DNA of 63,887 bases, filler included, from Stramenopiles sp. TOSAG23-3 (Eukaryota): assembly GCA_900128585.1 (NCBI GenBank). It is 11 parts of 11 records of this genome, joined end to end, with 100 filler letters (N's around TTAATTAATTAA, not from the genome) between each part and the next. Parts side by side here need not be neighbours in the genome. Positions count along the whole stretch, not along the records: positions 27,940 to 37,137 come from LT642943.1; positions 37,238 to 46,428 come from LT642944.1; 9 more parts are not named here. One strand, written 5' to 3'. The position numbers and the translations under genes are program-made. Shown piece after piece: positions 29,976-40,568 of this stretch. The notes under the pieces were generated by a model, which saw only the letters and a program-made list of their open reading frames with translations, was not told the origin of the DNA and made no database searches. The stretch's first letter is position 1. Every line of letters starts with the position of its first letter.

Positions 29976-32776
29976 TATATTTTATTTTGATTTACTATTT
30001 TAACACAAAGGTGTTTGGCGGCAGATTCAATAACCCAAGGAATCATTTTTTGTTCGATAAATTCTCTTGCTGCTAGCCTTTTTTTCTCCTTCGCTTCTTG
30101 CAAACTCTGTTTGTGTTTAAGAATTTCTCTCTCTTTGTTCACTATTACAGCGAATTTTTCATCAAAACGTTTTTGCTCTTCCATGCGAGCAAGCTCTTGA
30201 GCAAACTTCGTGCCTTCGTAATCGACCTTTATCAGTTTTTCTGCCTTCGGCGCATGCAGTTTAAGTGCTAACAATGCCTTGCCTCCTTGGTGGCCAATTC
30301 CGGGGTTTTCACCGAGTTTTAATAGCTCTAGGGAGGTCCATTTCTTCATATTCTTGAATATATGGAGCAGTGTCTTACAAAATACGTCCGTAAGCCCATT
30401 CTTTTCAAGTCCTAAAACTTTCAAGGTAGCATTGCCATCTAGGCCTCCAAGGAGGACTTCTGCCGGAGTATGATCACCATTCGAATGAACGGCATGCAAA
30501 ATTTTGTGGCGGTCTAAGGCGTGTCTATAAGGGTCGCATTTTAGACTTATTAAGGGAAATATTTGATGCGAAAAGCTTCGCGTCGACGTCTTTTGCTTAC
30601 TGTTTTGTTCAGCGTGATGATGAGGATTTCTGCTGACTTTGTTCGCTTCGTACATCTCGTCACTCACGGATAAGCACACGTACATTCTTGCGCTGTTCAC
30701 TTTCATTTTTGTTATTGACGCCATGCTCGCTACAAGCGATTTCCCCAATGGCCCAAGCGTCGGTCTAAATTCACCACTAATAACATCTTCTGAATCAGCA
30801 GCAACACCCCTTCTGTGTCGATCGAGGTGAATGTATTCCATTTTTATGTATTCATTTCCATTTTGGCTGATCAACATATTTGCCAGTGCTTTCCAATATG
30901 GAAACGTATGCGAGCCCCCAGTTCCAAAAAACGTTAACTTTCTTGGCATCATCTCTAAACATTCTTGATGCGAATAGTCATCTGGGAAGATCTGGTACGG
31001 GATATGGGTGCCTTTCTTATGACCCACCACGGCATAAAGCAGTTCGTCCATATCCATGTGATGGTGGGCTGTACTGATTGCATTTAGCAAAATGTTTGTC
31101 ACTATGGTAAAATCTTTTACCCCATGCCCATGCAACCTTAGCTCTTTATGAGCAACCTCTGCCTCGGATCCACACCAACTTGATCCGTTGTCCAAGTACC
31201 GAGAAACAAGATTGTAAGCAAACGCGTTGTACCCAAGCTCTAAGACCCTTACACTTTTATTGCATCGCATTGCAAGAGCAATTGCCATCGCACCCTCTGT
31301 TCTGATATTGTTATCTCTGATGTCGATGGTTTTTAAAGACAAGGAAGAGGTAAGCAATTCACTAACCATAATTGCACTTTCCAGTCCGAGACAACACCTT
31401 CGCAGCCGAAGCGTCCTGATGTGGGGGCAAGGTATCAGCGAGCGCAAAAATATGAAGCCTAAGTTATCCCCAATACGTGTTTCCGACAAGTCAATCGTGT
31501 GCAAACTGCGAGGAACACCCATCACACGCTTCCAAGTCAGGATTCTTACTATTGAAAGCATTGCAGCTTTGTTCACTTTGTTTCGAGCCAGTATAATCGA
31601 CTCAATAGAGTTCAAATGATTACACAAGATACTCTCCAGTATTGAATTCAGGGACTCGTTTACCCCGGTTCCACTTAAATTCAGAACAGAACAAGTATTT
31701 GGTGGGCCAGAGGCTAGCCAGCGAGAAAGTGCCAACCCACGTCGTACTCCAATGCTATTGTTGGAAAAGTCCAATATGCCAGAAACCCTGTCGTTAGTTT
31801 TTCTCGTAATGTTTTGTAGTGGTATTGGGCTCAAGCCTGCATCGACCAACGCCGAGTGAAATTCGAGAGATTGTTGCACCCTGCTCATTCTTTCCCCCGT
31901 TTTGCGGCCCACCTTTCCCAGATTCTGTTCTTTTTTCATGTGAAGAGATTCTACAAAAGCGTGCAAATAAATTCCAGTGGGATCATTAGAAGGCTCCATG
32001 TCCACGGCGTTGGATTTTCTCAAAATGCTCTTCGCAGAAAAACCATTCACGACCGAGTTTCTACGGGCGAAACGATAGTTCCGAAAATAGTCTGATTTTC
32101 CACGCTTTTCGTATATCTCTATTGGTGTCTTCGTCTCTTTCTTTGGGAAAATCTTCTGCTCTACCTCCTTGGTTTCAAGGATCTGTACGACTGGATTTTC
32201 TTCTTCGCTTTTTACCCGTTGGCTGCGCCTCAAAATATCCCGTTTTGACACTTTCACTCTCTTGGAAGCCGTGCCTCGCTTTTGTATTTTCTTTTTCTTT
32301 AGGGATACAGTACCCGTTATTTGGATACCTAGAAAATGTTTGATAAGGTCATTCCCTTTTTTTACTATCCTAGTTTCTTCGTCCTTAATTCCCCCTTGGT
32401 TTTTTTTCGGGATGTCGTTGTCGCTGAAACTTACGGGTTTTGAACCACGGCAATAAGGGTGTTTTGGCGCACGTTTCAGATTCGAGGCAGGCCTTTTTCT
32501 TTCTCTGTAATGAAAAGGTTTGTGAACAAATCGCCTATTGCGATGCTTTATTGCTTTTGCGGAGCAGTTTCGAAAACGAGAGAATCCAGACGCAACAGTG
32601 GAGGGCCGACGGGGCACAACGTTGACATGCCTCACGCCATTTGCAGTCTGAGCTCGAATAGGGCTTGGCGGCGCTAGTGGCACAACGCAATAGTCCGGTG
32701 TGTATATCACTCTCGGTTTAATCTCTCGCTGTTTCGAATCAAGAATCTCAAATTTCCTCAAAACGCGAGAAACCAT
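29975..32776 (-). CDS. RNI-like leucine-rich repeat protein
   Basis: Repeats LDFSNNSIG, LNLSGTGV, IDLSETRIGD, IDIRDNNIRTEGA, LELGYN, LGLEKNGL, LKLGEN. Confidence 0.85.
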   Translation of the reverse strand: MVSRVLRKFEILDSKQREIKPRVIYTPDYCVVPLAPPSPIRAQTANGVRHVNVVPRRPSTVASGFSRFRNCSAKAIKHRNRRFVHKPFHYRERKRPASNLKRAPKHPYCRGSKPVSFSDNDIPKKNQGGIKDEETRIVKKGNDLIKHFLGIQITGTVSLKKKKIQKRGTASKRVKVSKRDILRRSQRVKSEEENPVVQILETKEVEQKIFPKKETKTPIEIYEKRGKSDYFRNYRFARRNSVVNGFSAKSILRKSNAVDMEPSNDPTGIYLHAFVESLHMKKEQNLGKVGRKTGERMSRVQQSLEFHSALVDAGLSPIPLQNITRKTNDRVSGILDFSNNSIGVRRGLALSRWLASGPPNTCSVLNLSGTGVNESLNSILESILCNHLNSIESIILARNKVNKAAMLSIVRILTWKRVMGVPRSLHTIDLSETRIGDNLGFIFLRSLIPCPHIRTLRLRRCCLGLESAIMVSELLTSSLSLKTIDIRDNNIRTEGAMAIALAMRCNKSVRVLELGYNAFAYNLVSRYLDNGSSWCGSEAEVAHKELRLHGHGVKDFTIVTNILLNAISTAHHHMDMDELLYAVVGHKKGTHIPYQIFPDDYSHQECLEMMPRKLTFFGTGGSHTFPYWKALANMLISQNGNEYIKMEYIHLDRHRRGVAADSEDVISGEFRPTLGPLGKSLVASMASITKMKVNSARMYVCLSVSDEMYEANKVSRNPHHHAEQNSKQKTSTRSFSHQIFPLISLKCDPYRHALDRHKILHAVHSNGDHTPAEVLLGGLDGNATLKVLGLEKNGLTDVFCKTLLHIFKNMKKWTSLELLKLGENPGIGHQGGKALLALKLHAPKAEKLIKVDYEGTKFAQELARMEEQKRFDEKFAVIVNKEREILKHKQSLQEAKEKKRLAAREFIEQKMIPWVIESAAKHLCVKIVNQNKI

Positions 32777-33428
32777 TCTCCCGATGCGTGCAGAACGTCA
32801 AGCCCGGGCAGCGGTCAAATTCCAAGCTATTCTTTGTAAAAGCGAACCACTGATTACCATTTTCTCTCCCTCTCTTCATTTACATTTGATAAAATATGGT
32901 TCGTTTTTATAAGATTAATAGATGTTACTATACTTTTGCTTAAATTCTATATGTTACATCGATGAGCTGAAGGCTGACGGGTAACTGCAAAATTGAAACG
33001 TTCACATCATGTTTTTTTCATACAGCCTTCTTTCATAGTATTTATTGTTAATATTCGAAGTTGTAGTGAGTGTCTAATGCGTGATGGTATTTTATAGTAT
33101 GGTTGACTGTAGTGTTAATTATGTAAAACACCTATAATGTCTTTTTATTTTTTTTATTATTATTAGACTTATTAATTATTAATTATAATATTTTTTTTTA
33201 ATAAAAAAAAAAAATAATAATACCTACCTATAATAGTCTATCTATACCATTTCGCACATTTGTTCTCGCAGTGAATGAATGAAACGTCTACATTCTACAT
33301 ATCTCCCCCCATATTTAAATAGCTTTGGTTTGCATATGTACGTGTAACGGCAATTATATTTGATTTTATATTTTGAATCCGCATCTTTGGATTTTGCATG
33401 GGCGGTACCAAGCCTATCACAAACCGTA

Positions 33429-35270
33429 ATGTTGAGCGATGAAACTGAAGCGCGGGCCACAAGCGACAAAGTTGATGTATTGGGTACCTTTTGTGCCTCT
33501 CGGTGTGATATAAATGCACGCGACGGTTTTCTAACATCACTTTGGAAAAATCATCGCGTCGAAGCTATTTCGGAATTGGGATTTTTTCATGGAATATTTT
33601 TCAGGACAACGGTACTTGAAGCTTTACCAATGTTGCTTGCAGGTCCATTGAGTCTTTTTACCGAGGGCAAAGCAACTGCACAAGCTCGGCAACTCTGGCC
33701 CCCAGGTATAGCGCTGGATGTCCTTGTGTACATTCCGGCATGGTACGTTAGTGTTGCGTCATGGACGGCAGGACTGGCAGTTGGCCTGCAAAATATTACT
33801 GTTTTTGCAAATATGGTTGCGCGCGCGCTAACGATTGGGACCAAATATGCACACTACGGTCACCGCGACCTTATCTGCAGAGAGAGTGGAATGACATCCC
33901 AAGTTTATTCAAAAACGCAAAGAATTGTAAAAAATCAAATTTCGCAAATACTTTTCAACTTAAACGGCCATCAATTGGGTGTTTTGGCAGAGCAAGTGTA
34001 TGCATCTAGCCTGGTCAAAGACACAAACCTTGCGTGTTCGCACGTGAAGTTCAGTACACCAAAAGAGGCACAGAATCTTCTCGATAGAGTGATGAAACAT
34101 TTTGCAACAATTGAGGCTATTGATAAGAAAGAATTAAAACATATGATGAATCAAAAGGAACACCAAACCACTGGTAAAGTTGCCGATCTAGAGGCAGTGG
34201 CGCCAATTAGCAATGATGCCAGCTCTAAGCAAGCGTCTGGCACGTCTAGACTGCTCCTTCATTCAAAGTACTCCGAAAAAGTTGGTTTGTTCAGCCTCTT
34301 ACTGAATGGCAAGTCGCGCGACGAGATTGAAAAAATGGCAGCGTCGGGCAAACTTCCTTCCTCTTTTGTTGCTCTAGATGCGACGTGGAGTTCACATCAC
34401 ATCGATCAAAAAATTGGATCTAAGTTTGTAGTTCTTCCTTTGTTAATTTCGTTTTGCTTAAATTTCTTACCCTTTTTGGTAGACGGTGCTATGGGGTATG
34501 AAGCGTTCGGGACGACTGCAATCGAGAAGTCATTTGCAGTGGCAGGAATTTTTCCAGGCGCTTTCTTTCAATGGCTTATCTTTATGTACGCATGGGGCCC
34601 TGCGTATTTTCAATTCTTGTCCACGAAACGCGAGCAATATTTGTATGCCATGATTGGAGGGGAAAATTTGGATGGGAGAGCATCGGCGAAAGTTGCCCCC
34701 CCAAGATTAGACCTTACCGATCCGTCAAATATAATAGCTTTTTCGGCTATTTATCGAGTTCTTCACGGGAACAATTTTGCAAGAAGTATGCAAAAACGAT
34801 TTTCAATGTATTTGGTTGTAACCTTTTCTATAATTGTTTTTGGGGCGACAAAGTCAGTTTTTTCCGAACAGTATGGAATTACTGTAGAAGGTAGAATAGG
34901 GGACAAGATTTCAAGCATTGTCATTTTATGTATATTTGTAAGTTTTGTGTCATTACAAGTGGTCGCTGCATGGACTGTTAACGATTTTACAAAACGACAC
35001 TTGAGTGCAATAAGCCAGGCTAGGATAACAAATTTGGCTTTCGCTTCTGTAGAAATGGATGCAGAGCGAAAAGAAATCCTGCTGACTGCAGAGGCTCTCT
35101 TGGATGGCTTGAGCAATGAAATCTCCTCTGAAGATGAGTGTAACCCAGTAAGAGTTGCATTCTTCCGTGCGAACATTGCCCTCTTATCATCCATCAGCGG
35201 TATCTTATCCGCCATTTTGATATACGACCTACGAGCACTTGCGAAGAGTTTGGGTATATACGATTCGTAA
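33429..35270 (+). CDS. Multi-pass membrane protein of unknown function
   Basis: >600-aa ORF with several hydrophobic segments; first ATG at 33429. Confidence 0.75.
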   Translation: MLSDETEARATSDKVDVLGTFCASRCDINARDGFLTSLWKNHRVEAISELGFFHGIFFRTTVLEALPMLLAGPLSLFTEGKATAQARQLWPPGIALDVLVYIPAWYVSVASWTAGLAVGLQNITVFANMVARALTIGTKYAHYGHRDLICRESGMTSQVYSKTQRIVKNQISQILFNLNGHQLGVLAEQVYASSLVKDTNLACSHVKFSTPKEAQNLLDRVMKHFATIEAIDKKELKHMMNQKEHQTTGKVADLEAVAPISNDASSKQASGTSRLLLHSKYSEKVGLFSLLLNGKSRDEIEKMAASGKLPSSFVALDATWSSHHIDQKIGSKFVVLPLLISFCLNFLPFLVDGAMGYEAFGTTAIEKSFAVAGIFPGAFFQWLIFMYAWGPAYFQFLSTKREQYLYAMIGGENLDGRASAKVAPPRLDLTDPSNIIAFSAIYRVLHGNNFARSMQKRFSMYLVVTFSIIVFGATKSVFSEQYGITVEGRIGDKISSIVILCIFVSFVSLQVVAAWTVNDFTKRHLSAISQARITNLAFASVEMDAERKEILLTAEALLDGLSNEISSEDECNPVRVAFFRANIALLSSISGILSAILIYDLRALAKSLGIYDS

Positions 35271-35283
35271 ATAAAAATAAATT

Positions 35284-35394
35284 AACAAGAAAATTGGCTG
35301 TTATTTAAGTAATTAAAATTAATTTACTGCGAACTGAAATCTAAATTTAGACATTAGATTGAAATCGTAATTGATCTAAAATGAGAGTCTTAAA
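35284..35394. mobile_element. Family-A fragment (reverse) fused head-to-head with a family-B fragment (forward)
   Basis: AACAAGAAAATTGGCTGTTATTTAAG..CTAAATTTAGACA, then GATTGAAATCGTAATTGATCTAAAATGAGAGTCTTAA, which matches 38588-38624. Confidence 0.85.
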
Positions 35395-35506
35395 GATTTT
35401 ACCCGTACGGGTACCGGGTACAGTATATTTGTATCATAGGTAATCATACCCCAAAAATAAATAAATGTGTGTAATGTGTAAAATATTCTATCCGTAAGAG
35501 TAGTTT

Positions 35507-36751
35507 TTACAGTTTCCGCTTGTAGATTTTTTTCAGCAGCTGCTGGAATACTTCTTGAGGAACTATAGACTCGTTGATTTCACCGATCATTTCTACCAGC
35601 TTTTTGTAGCTCTTTTCTTCGTAATCTTCGAAAACTTTGGTTAAATTGAGCTCATTGTACAAATTCTTTATTGCTTTTTCTGACGCCTCATTCTCACCTT
35701 TTCCATAGTGCGTCTCCAGCATTCGCTTCTGGTTGTTTGAGCACATTTTTTTGGCTTGAACAACTAGCCAGGAGCACTTGCAATCTTTGATGTCTGTGCC
35801 AATTTTTCCAATGACTTCGGGTGCCCCGTAGCAGTCTAAATAATCGTCTTGAACCTGAAAGTACTCGCCCATTTCCAAGCAAATGCTCAGCGCTTGCTCG
35901 TACGCACCAGAGCTCTCGTCGATCTCACCCATAATCATACCAAGGGCAACGGGAAGGTAAAAGGAGTAGAAGGCGGTCTTGTACCTTACGATAGCGGCAT
36001 GGCGCTCTATTGTGAACTTGTTCAGGTCTGGGATGGCTGGTGGCAACGGCTGTGTCGTCAAGTCCAGGAGCTGGCCCAGCTCAGTTTGGTACGTGACCTC
36101 GTGAAACAGATCCAATAGCTTCACGTATCTGGCGGGGTTGTCGCCACCAAAATGTTTTTTTAAAAGTCGGTAAATATGCGCTTCAAGCAAGAAAGAGTCG
36201 TTAACTGCGCAGTTTCCAACCCCATCCATACGGTACCAGCACGGCTTCCCTCGGCGCGTAATCGACGTGTCCATCAAATCGTCCGCAACCAAGAAAAAGG
36301 CCTGGAGCCACTCGACGCTCCAGCCAAGAATGGACGCTTGGTAGAGTTCGTACGGCGTCATCTTTCTGCCACGAAGGCAAATTCGCGCTGTGTGAACCAC
36401 CGTTAGGCCACGGTTCATTTTCCCCCCGGGAACAGCGTGATTCATACACTTTCGAACCCACTCAACCCCGTCAGCCGGTGCTTCAAAATTATCCTTCATA
36501 TCTGCAATAATTTCCTCGGCCAAAAAGTCAAAGACTTTGGAAAAGAACACTTTGTCCTTGCTGGCGTCTGCGACAGCCAACCACTCCTTCATCAGCGTTT
36601 CGGCTTTTTTCGAAAAATGAGAAGCTTTTGACGACGAAGCACCAGAGCAGGACGGGCCCGCTCGAGAGCTCAAAGCAAAGTACGAACCAGCAGCACCCAC
36701 AAGAGTTGCAAGCACCAGTGGCAAAGCGTCGTTGAAAGAGTTGGAAGACAT
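35507..36751 (-). CDS. FDPS: Farnesyl pyrophosphate synthase with hydrophobic N-terminal extension
   Basis: GGKMNRG, QAFFLVADDLMD..TRRG, GQLLD, YKTAFYSF, YFQVQDDYLD, GTDI. Confidence 0.95.
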   Translation of the reverse strand: MSSNSFNDALPLVLATLVGAAGSYFALSSRAGPSCSGASSSKASHFSKKAETLMKEWLAVADASKDKVFFSKVFDFLAEEIIADMKDNFEAPADGVEWVRKCMNHAVPGGKMNRGLTVVHTARICLRGRKMTPYELYQASILGWSVEWLQAFFLVADDLMDTSITRRGKPCWYRMDGVGNCAVNDSFLLEAHIYRLLKKHFGGDNPARYVKLLDLFHEVTYQTELGQLLDLTTQPLPPAIPDLNKFTIERHAAIVRYKTAFYSFYLPVALGMIMGEIDESSGAYEQALSICLEMGEYFQVQDDYLDCYGAPEVIGKIGTDIKDCKCSWLVVQAKKMCSNNQKRMLETHYGKGENEASEKAIKNLYNELNLTKVFEDYEEKSYKKLVEMIGEINESIVPQEVFQQLLKKIYKRKL

Positions 36752-37237
36752 GGTGGTGGACGTTCAAAACAAGGATATGTATGCGGTGCTATCAAACGTT
36801 TTTGTTTTTAAAATTAAATTGTTTACTTATGATTCTTAGGGTCAATCGTTTCTTTTCTTCCTTTCACTTCCATTCGTGAATTTATTTACAATATGTATTC
36901 GTATAGAGATATATATCCCAACTCCTCTTTGAAAAGATTGGATGGAGTACTAAAGACTAGAAAAGAAAAAGAAGAGTTTAAATTGTACCAGTAGCTCTTC
37001 TATATAGTCTAACGAGTAATTTGTGTGAAGATGAATGTTGAGATGTGATGGCCGCCGTCCAATGTGCCAATACAATAGAGACGTATCTCATAGTACTTAC
37101 GAAGATAAATAAGTATAAATACCACCGACCGGGGGGGNNNNNNNNNNNNNNNNNNNNNNNNNNNNNNNNNNNNNNNNNNNNTTAATTAATTAANNNNNNN
37201 NNNNNNNNNNNNNNNNNNNNNNNNNNNNNNNNNNNNN

Positions 37238-37641
37238 CCGACTTAAACGACCCTCCCCCGATACTTCAACTCACAAATGATAATTCCCTGAGTGATTTAC
37301 AAGACAGACAACGAGCACCTATAAAACATTCACGCCGCTGCTTGGAAAATTATGCATGGAATGATTCATCTACGAGTGAGACATTTGACGAGGAAGTTGA
37401 ATATGGGTCTTTTGACATCGACGCAATTCCACACACCGATTCGGATTATGCACGGAGTACACTTGAGAATGATAGTCAAGACTAAGTGACAAAGGTATAT
37501 ATTGATTACTAAAATCACAACTGTAGAGATAAATTCGCAGTACAGAAAGGAACGTAAACCTTTGATGGACAAAAGGAGTAGATTCATTTTTGCGGTATAT
37601 GAGGAAGATAACATTTTTAATTACTATGATATTTAAATAAC
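37238..37641 (+). mobile_element. Long family-A 3' copy: open C-terminal frame (DLNDPPP..STLENDSQD*, stop ending 37485) plus 3' UTR
   Basis: Collinear with 45928-46274, 45213-45410, 44085-44290 and 16966-17070. Confidence 0.8.
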
Positions 37642-38046
37642 ATCGGAGTTTGGGTTCTTGAACGGTTTTACCTTCTTTTTTCTTTTCTTTTTTGACTTAA
37701 AACATACTATATATATAATTTGTTATCGTTGATTTTCCACTTCAGGGCGTATTCGTATATTCTTGCATCATCACTCTCAGCATATTCTGTACCATACCCA
37801 TCAAACAAGGAAGACATGCGCCTAGATTGATTTAAATACTTTGATCTGCAATAGGAGGAGATATTGTGATTGAACTGACAACCCATTTTTCATTTTATAC
37901 ATAATATAAATACCTTGACGAGAAAGCTAAATTTTAATACTTAAATAACAGCCAATTTTCTTGTTTTTAAAAATGTAAAATACCTAAGGTGGTGTCGTGA
38001 ATCAATACATTACGACTGGCTGAAACGGATCAACTCAATTGAGGAA

Positions 38047-38625
38047 ATGAGTTCTACAGACAACTCCGATGAGCCTAAACGGGCGAATCACCTGCAGGTA
38101 TTTCTAAAACTTGGACCAAACTCCACGGACGCTGATAATCTATCCCCCCCAACATCGCAAGTGTCGAACAGATCCAGGCAACCAAAAAACAAATCTAGCC
38201 GCTGTTTGAACTCTGGGGATGATGTCGAAATGGATTCTACAGCTACCTCCGCTAAGTGTAACCGAGTGTTTCACCGGCCGGGTTTTCCAGAATTTGGACC
38301 CAATTTCAGAGACGCTGATAATCTACCCCCCCCAACACCAAAAGAGTCGTACAGATCCAGGCAATCAAAAAACAATTCTAGCCGCTGTTCGAGTTTTGGT
38401 AATAAAGGGACGATTGATTCTCCAAGTGACTCTGTGGATGAAATTATCAGGGGCTTTGACTGGGAATCGGGCCGGTTTGTTGAATACAGATCACCTTTAA
38501 CAAGAAATAATTCCTCAGTGATTGACAACCAACGAAAAAACGAAATTAAAAAATCAAATTAAATAATCAAGATAGGATTAGGGTTGGAATTGAAATCGTA
38601 ATTGATATAAAATGAGAGTCTTAAT
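38047..38625 (+). mobile_element. Family-B ORF tail (internally duplicated Ser/Pro-rich 171-aa frame) plus family-B 3' UTR
   Basis: Two copies of GPN..DADNL.PPT..RSRQ.KN.SSRC. The downstream ATCAAGATAGGATTAGGGTTGGAATTGAAATCGTAATTGATATAAAATGAGAGTCTTAA recurs at 46295-46370 (reverse) and in part at 35357-35393. Confidence 0.65.
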
Positions 38626-38679
38626 ACACTTAATGTCGGAATACGTGAATATTAACGTACCTGCCCAAACTCGGGCTTT

Positions 38680-39250
38680 ATTCACGCCAGTATTCCAAAA
38701 GACAATCGTAGAGGATATTGCAAAGCTGTGCGACCAATCTCCTTAATCTAGAGGATGAAAGAAGACCCAAAAGGCTCGCGAAATTTACTGCGCCTCCAAG
38801 AACTGGAACAATAAATACAGCGCCGCGAAGGCTCTTCTTGGGGTTTCCTCACCCCAAGCAACTACATGGAACACCAGTAGTGCCCGCTACTTTATTGCCG
38901 AAAATAAATAGCTAACATTAACACAACGCTCACAACCAATTGTTTCAAAAGAAACAAAAGGGATAAAGTATTATAACCGAAAACTCTTCGTGCTTCGTGA
39001 GAAACAACAATTGACATCCATTTGCTGGCAAGTTTTTCCTCCTTGAGAGAAAACGAAAAGATATTTGCGCGGTTTTTCTGGAATAAAACCCGGCTGCTAT
39101 AGAAGAAGACATAGTGCTCGACTTCTTAGCACCAGTACAAAGGTCTCATTCGAAGCGCCGCACCGCAACCGACTGGAAGGTTATCTTTGGATACTTGTCT
39201 TGCAAAACGAAAAACTGCATGCGATGGAGGAGAGTTTTATAATATATATC
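38680..39250 (+). pseudogene. Decayed non-LTR reverse transcriptase domain
   Basis: IPK..VRPISL (38692-38745), NAHN (38925), KGLIRSA resembling G..QG.P (39139), AMEE resembling (Y)xDD (39221), in RT order and roughly RT spacing, with stops and frameshifts. Confidence 0.45.
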
Positions 39251-39506
39251 TTTATCGATAATAAAATTATTACTAAGCAAAAACTGATTCTTTATTATTA
39301 ATCTTTAGCTAAGGTAGATACTACATCCCACAGCTAAATAATACCACCTACACAATTACAGCTAATCGCTACGCTGCGTTACACAAAAAGTATAATACGT
39401 CAAGTATTTAAAAATTATAACACTTAAAGCAGTATAATAATTTGTTTTTCTAAAATACCTAAATAACAATCATAATACCTTAAATAACAACCATTTTATT
39501 TTGTTT

Positions 39507-40247
39507 TTAAAGCACATTCTCTTGTACACATTTGAGAGTTTCAACGTATTTCTTATAAAACTCGTCAGCCAAAGCATTGAATGGCGCTTCAGTGCCAGCA
39601 TGACGTAAGGCAGAGGTTTCAAAAAATTGAAAGCCTTCTCGTTGAGCAAATTTTTCACCCTCTTCCCTAGTAACAGCAAAACGATTTGCATCTCGCAGAT
39701 CCATCTTATTAGCGATTACTATCCCGGGCATCGAAAATCCTGGGCGTGTAGCCCTGACTTCGTTCAGCCACTGGCCTAGCGCGACAAAAGAATCACGGTT
39801 TGATACATCGTACACAAATACGCACGCTGACGTGTTTGACCAGTAGTCATGTAGCATTTGGCGCTGGTTAAAAACTTTTTGGCCAGACGTATCAAACAAG
39901 TACATTTCTACCTGAACATTAGTCCCCGGGACATCCACAGTTTTAACAGAAAATTCACAACCCAAGGTCATAACATAATTTTTCGGAAAATTGTGGCCAC
40001 CGCTGGCAAACATTTGCACTAGCGCCGTTTTCCCAACCGCATAATCTCCAATAACAACCACCTTCTGCCTCAGAACTAGAATGTTTGTATGCGTTGTTTG
40101 CATACTCTGAATCGCTTTCACAGCTGCATTTTCGAACGTACTTTCCACCGGGGATACAGTGTTGGTAGAACGATCGTCATACGATGAAATCTTCGGTGCA
40201 AACTGATTAATTGTCCGGACTCTCTCTATTCGGGTCTTTCGTTCCAT
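39507..40247 (-). CDS. IFT27: Intraflagellar transport protein 27 (RABL4 small GTPase)
   Basis: LRQKVVVIGDYAVGKTAL, FPKNYVMT.G, VEMYLFDTSGQ, PGIVIANKMD, FFETSA, EAPF..LA. The true start may be internal (MQTTH). Confidence 0.88.
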   Translation of the reverse strand: MERKTRIERVRTINQFAPKISSYDDRSTNTVSPVESTFENAAVKAIQSMQTTHTNILVLRQKVVVIGDYAVGKTALVQMFASGGHNFPKNYVMTLGCEFSVKTVDVPGTNVQVEMYLFDTSGQKVFNQRQMLHDYWSNTSACVFVYDVSNRDSFVALGQWLNEVRATRPGFSMPGIVIANKMDLRDANRFAVTREEGEKFAQREGFQFFETSALRHAGTEAPFNALADEFYKKYVETLKCVQENVL

Positions 40248-40568
40248 GTTCCGATCGCACAGAAAGTTTCGTCACAAGGCTAGACCACAACATCGCCTAA
40301 TGTAAAGGAATCTGAGTAGTCATGGAACACTACTGAAATCTGTTTACCTTTCGAACAAACAACATTATGTGAATTCAAAATCAGTTTGAAGTTTTATGGT
40401 TGTGTTGTTGTTCAATAAAAAATAATCATCAACACTACTACTCTGTAAATCTGAAATATACGGCAGTTTGAAAAAGTCCTTAATAAGAACAAATTCAAAA
40501 TGTGCCATCAACAATCCAATTTGTTGTATTTTTACTAACAACATGAAAAGAGGGGTGTTGCATATTCA

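Noticed and set aside
38578-38583. TTAGGG in the family-B 3' UTR as a telomere link
   Set aside because: Single hexamer; no tandem telomeric array anywhere in the window.
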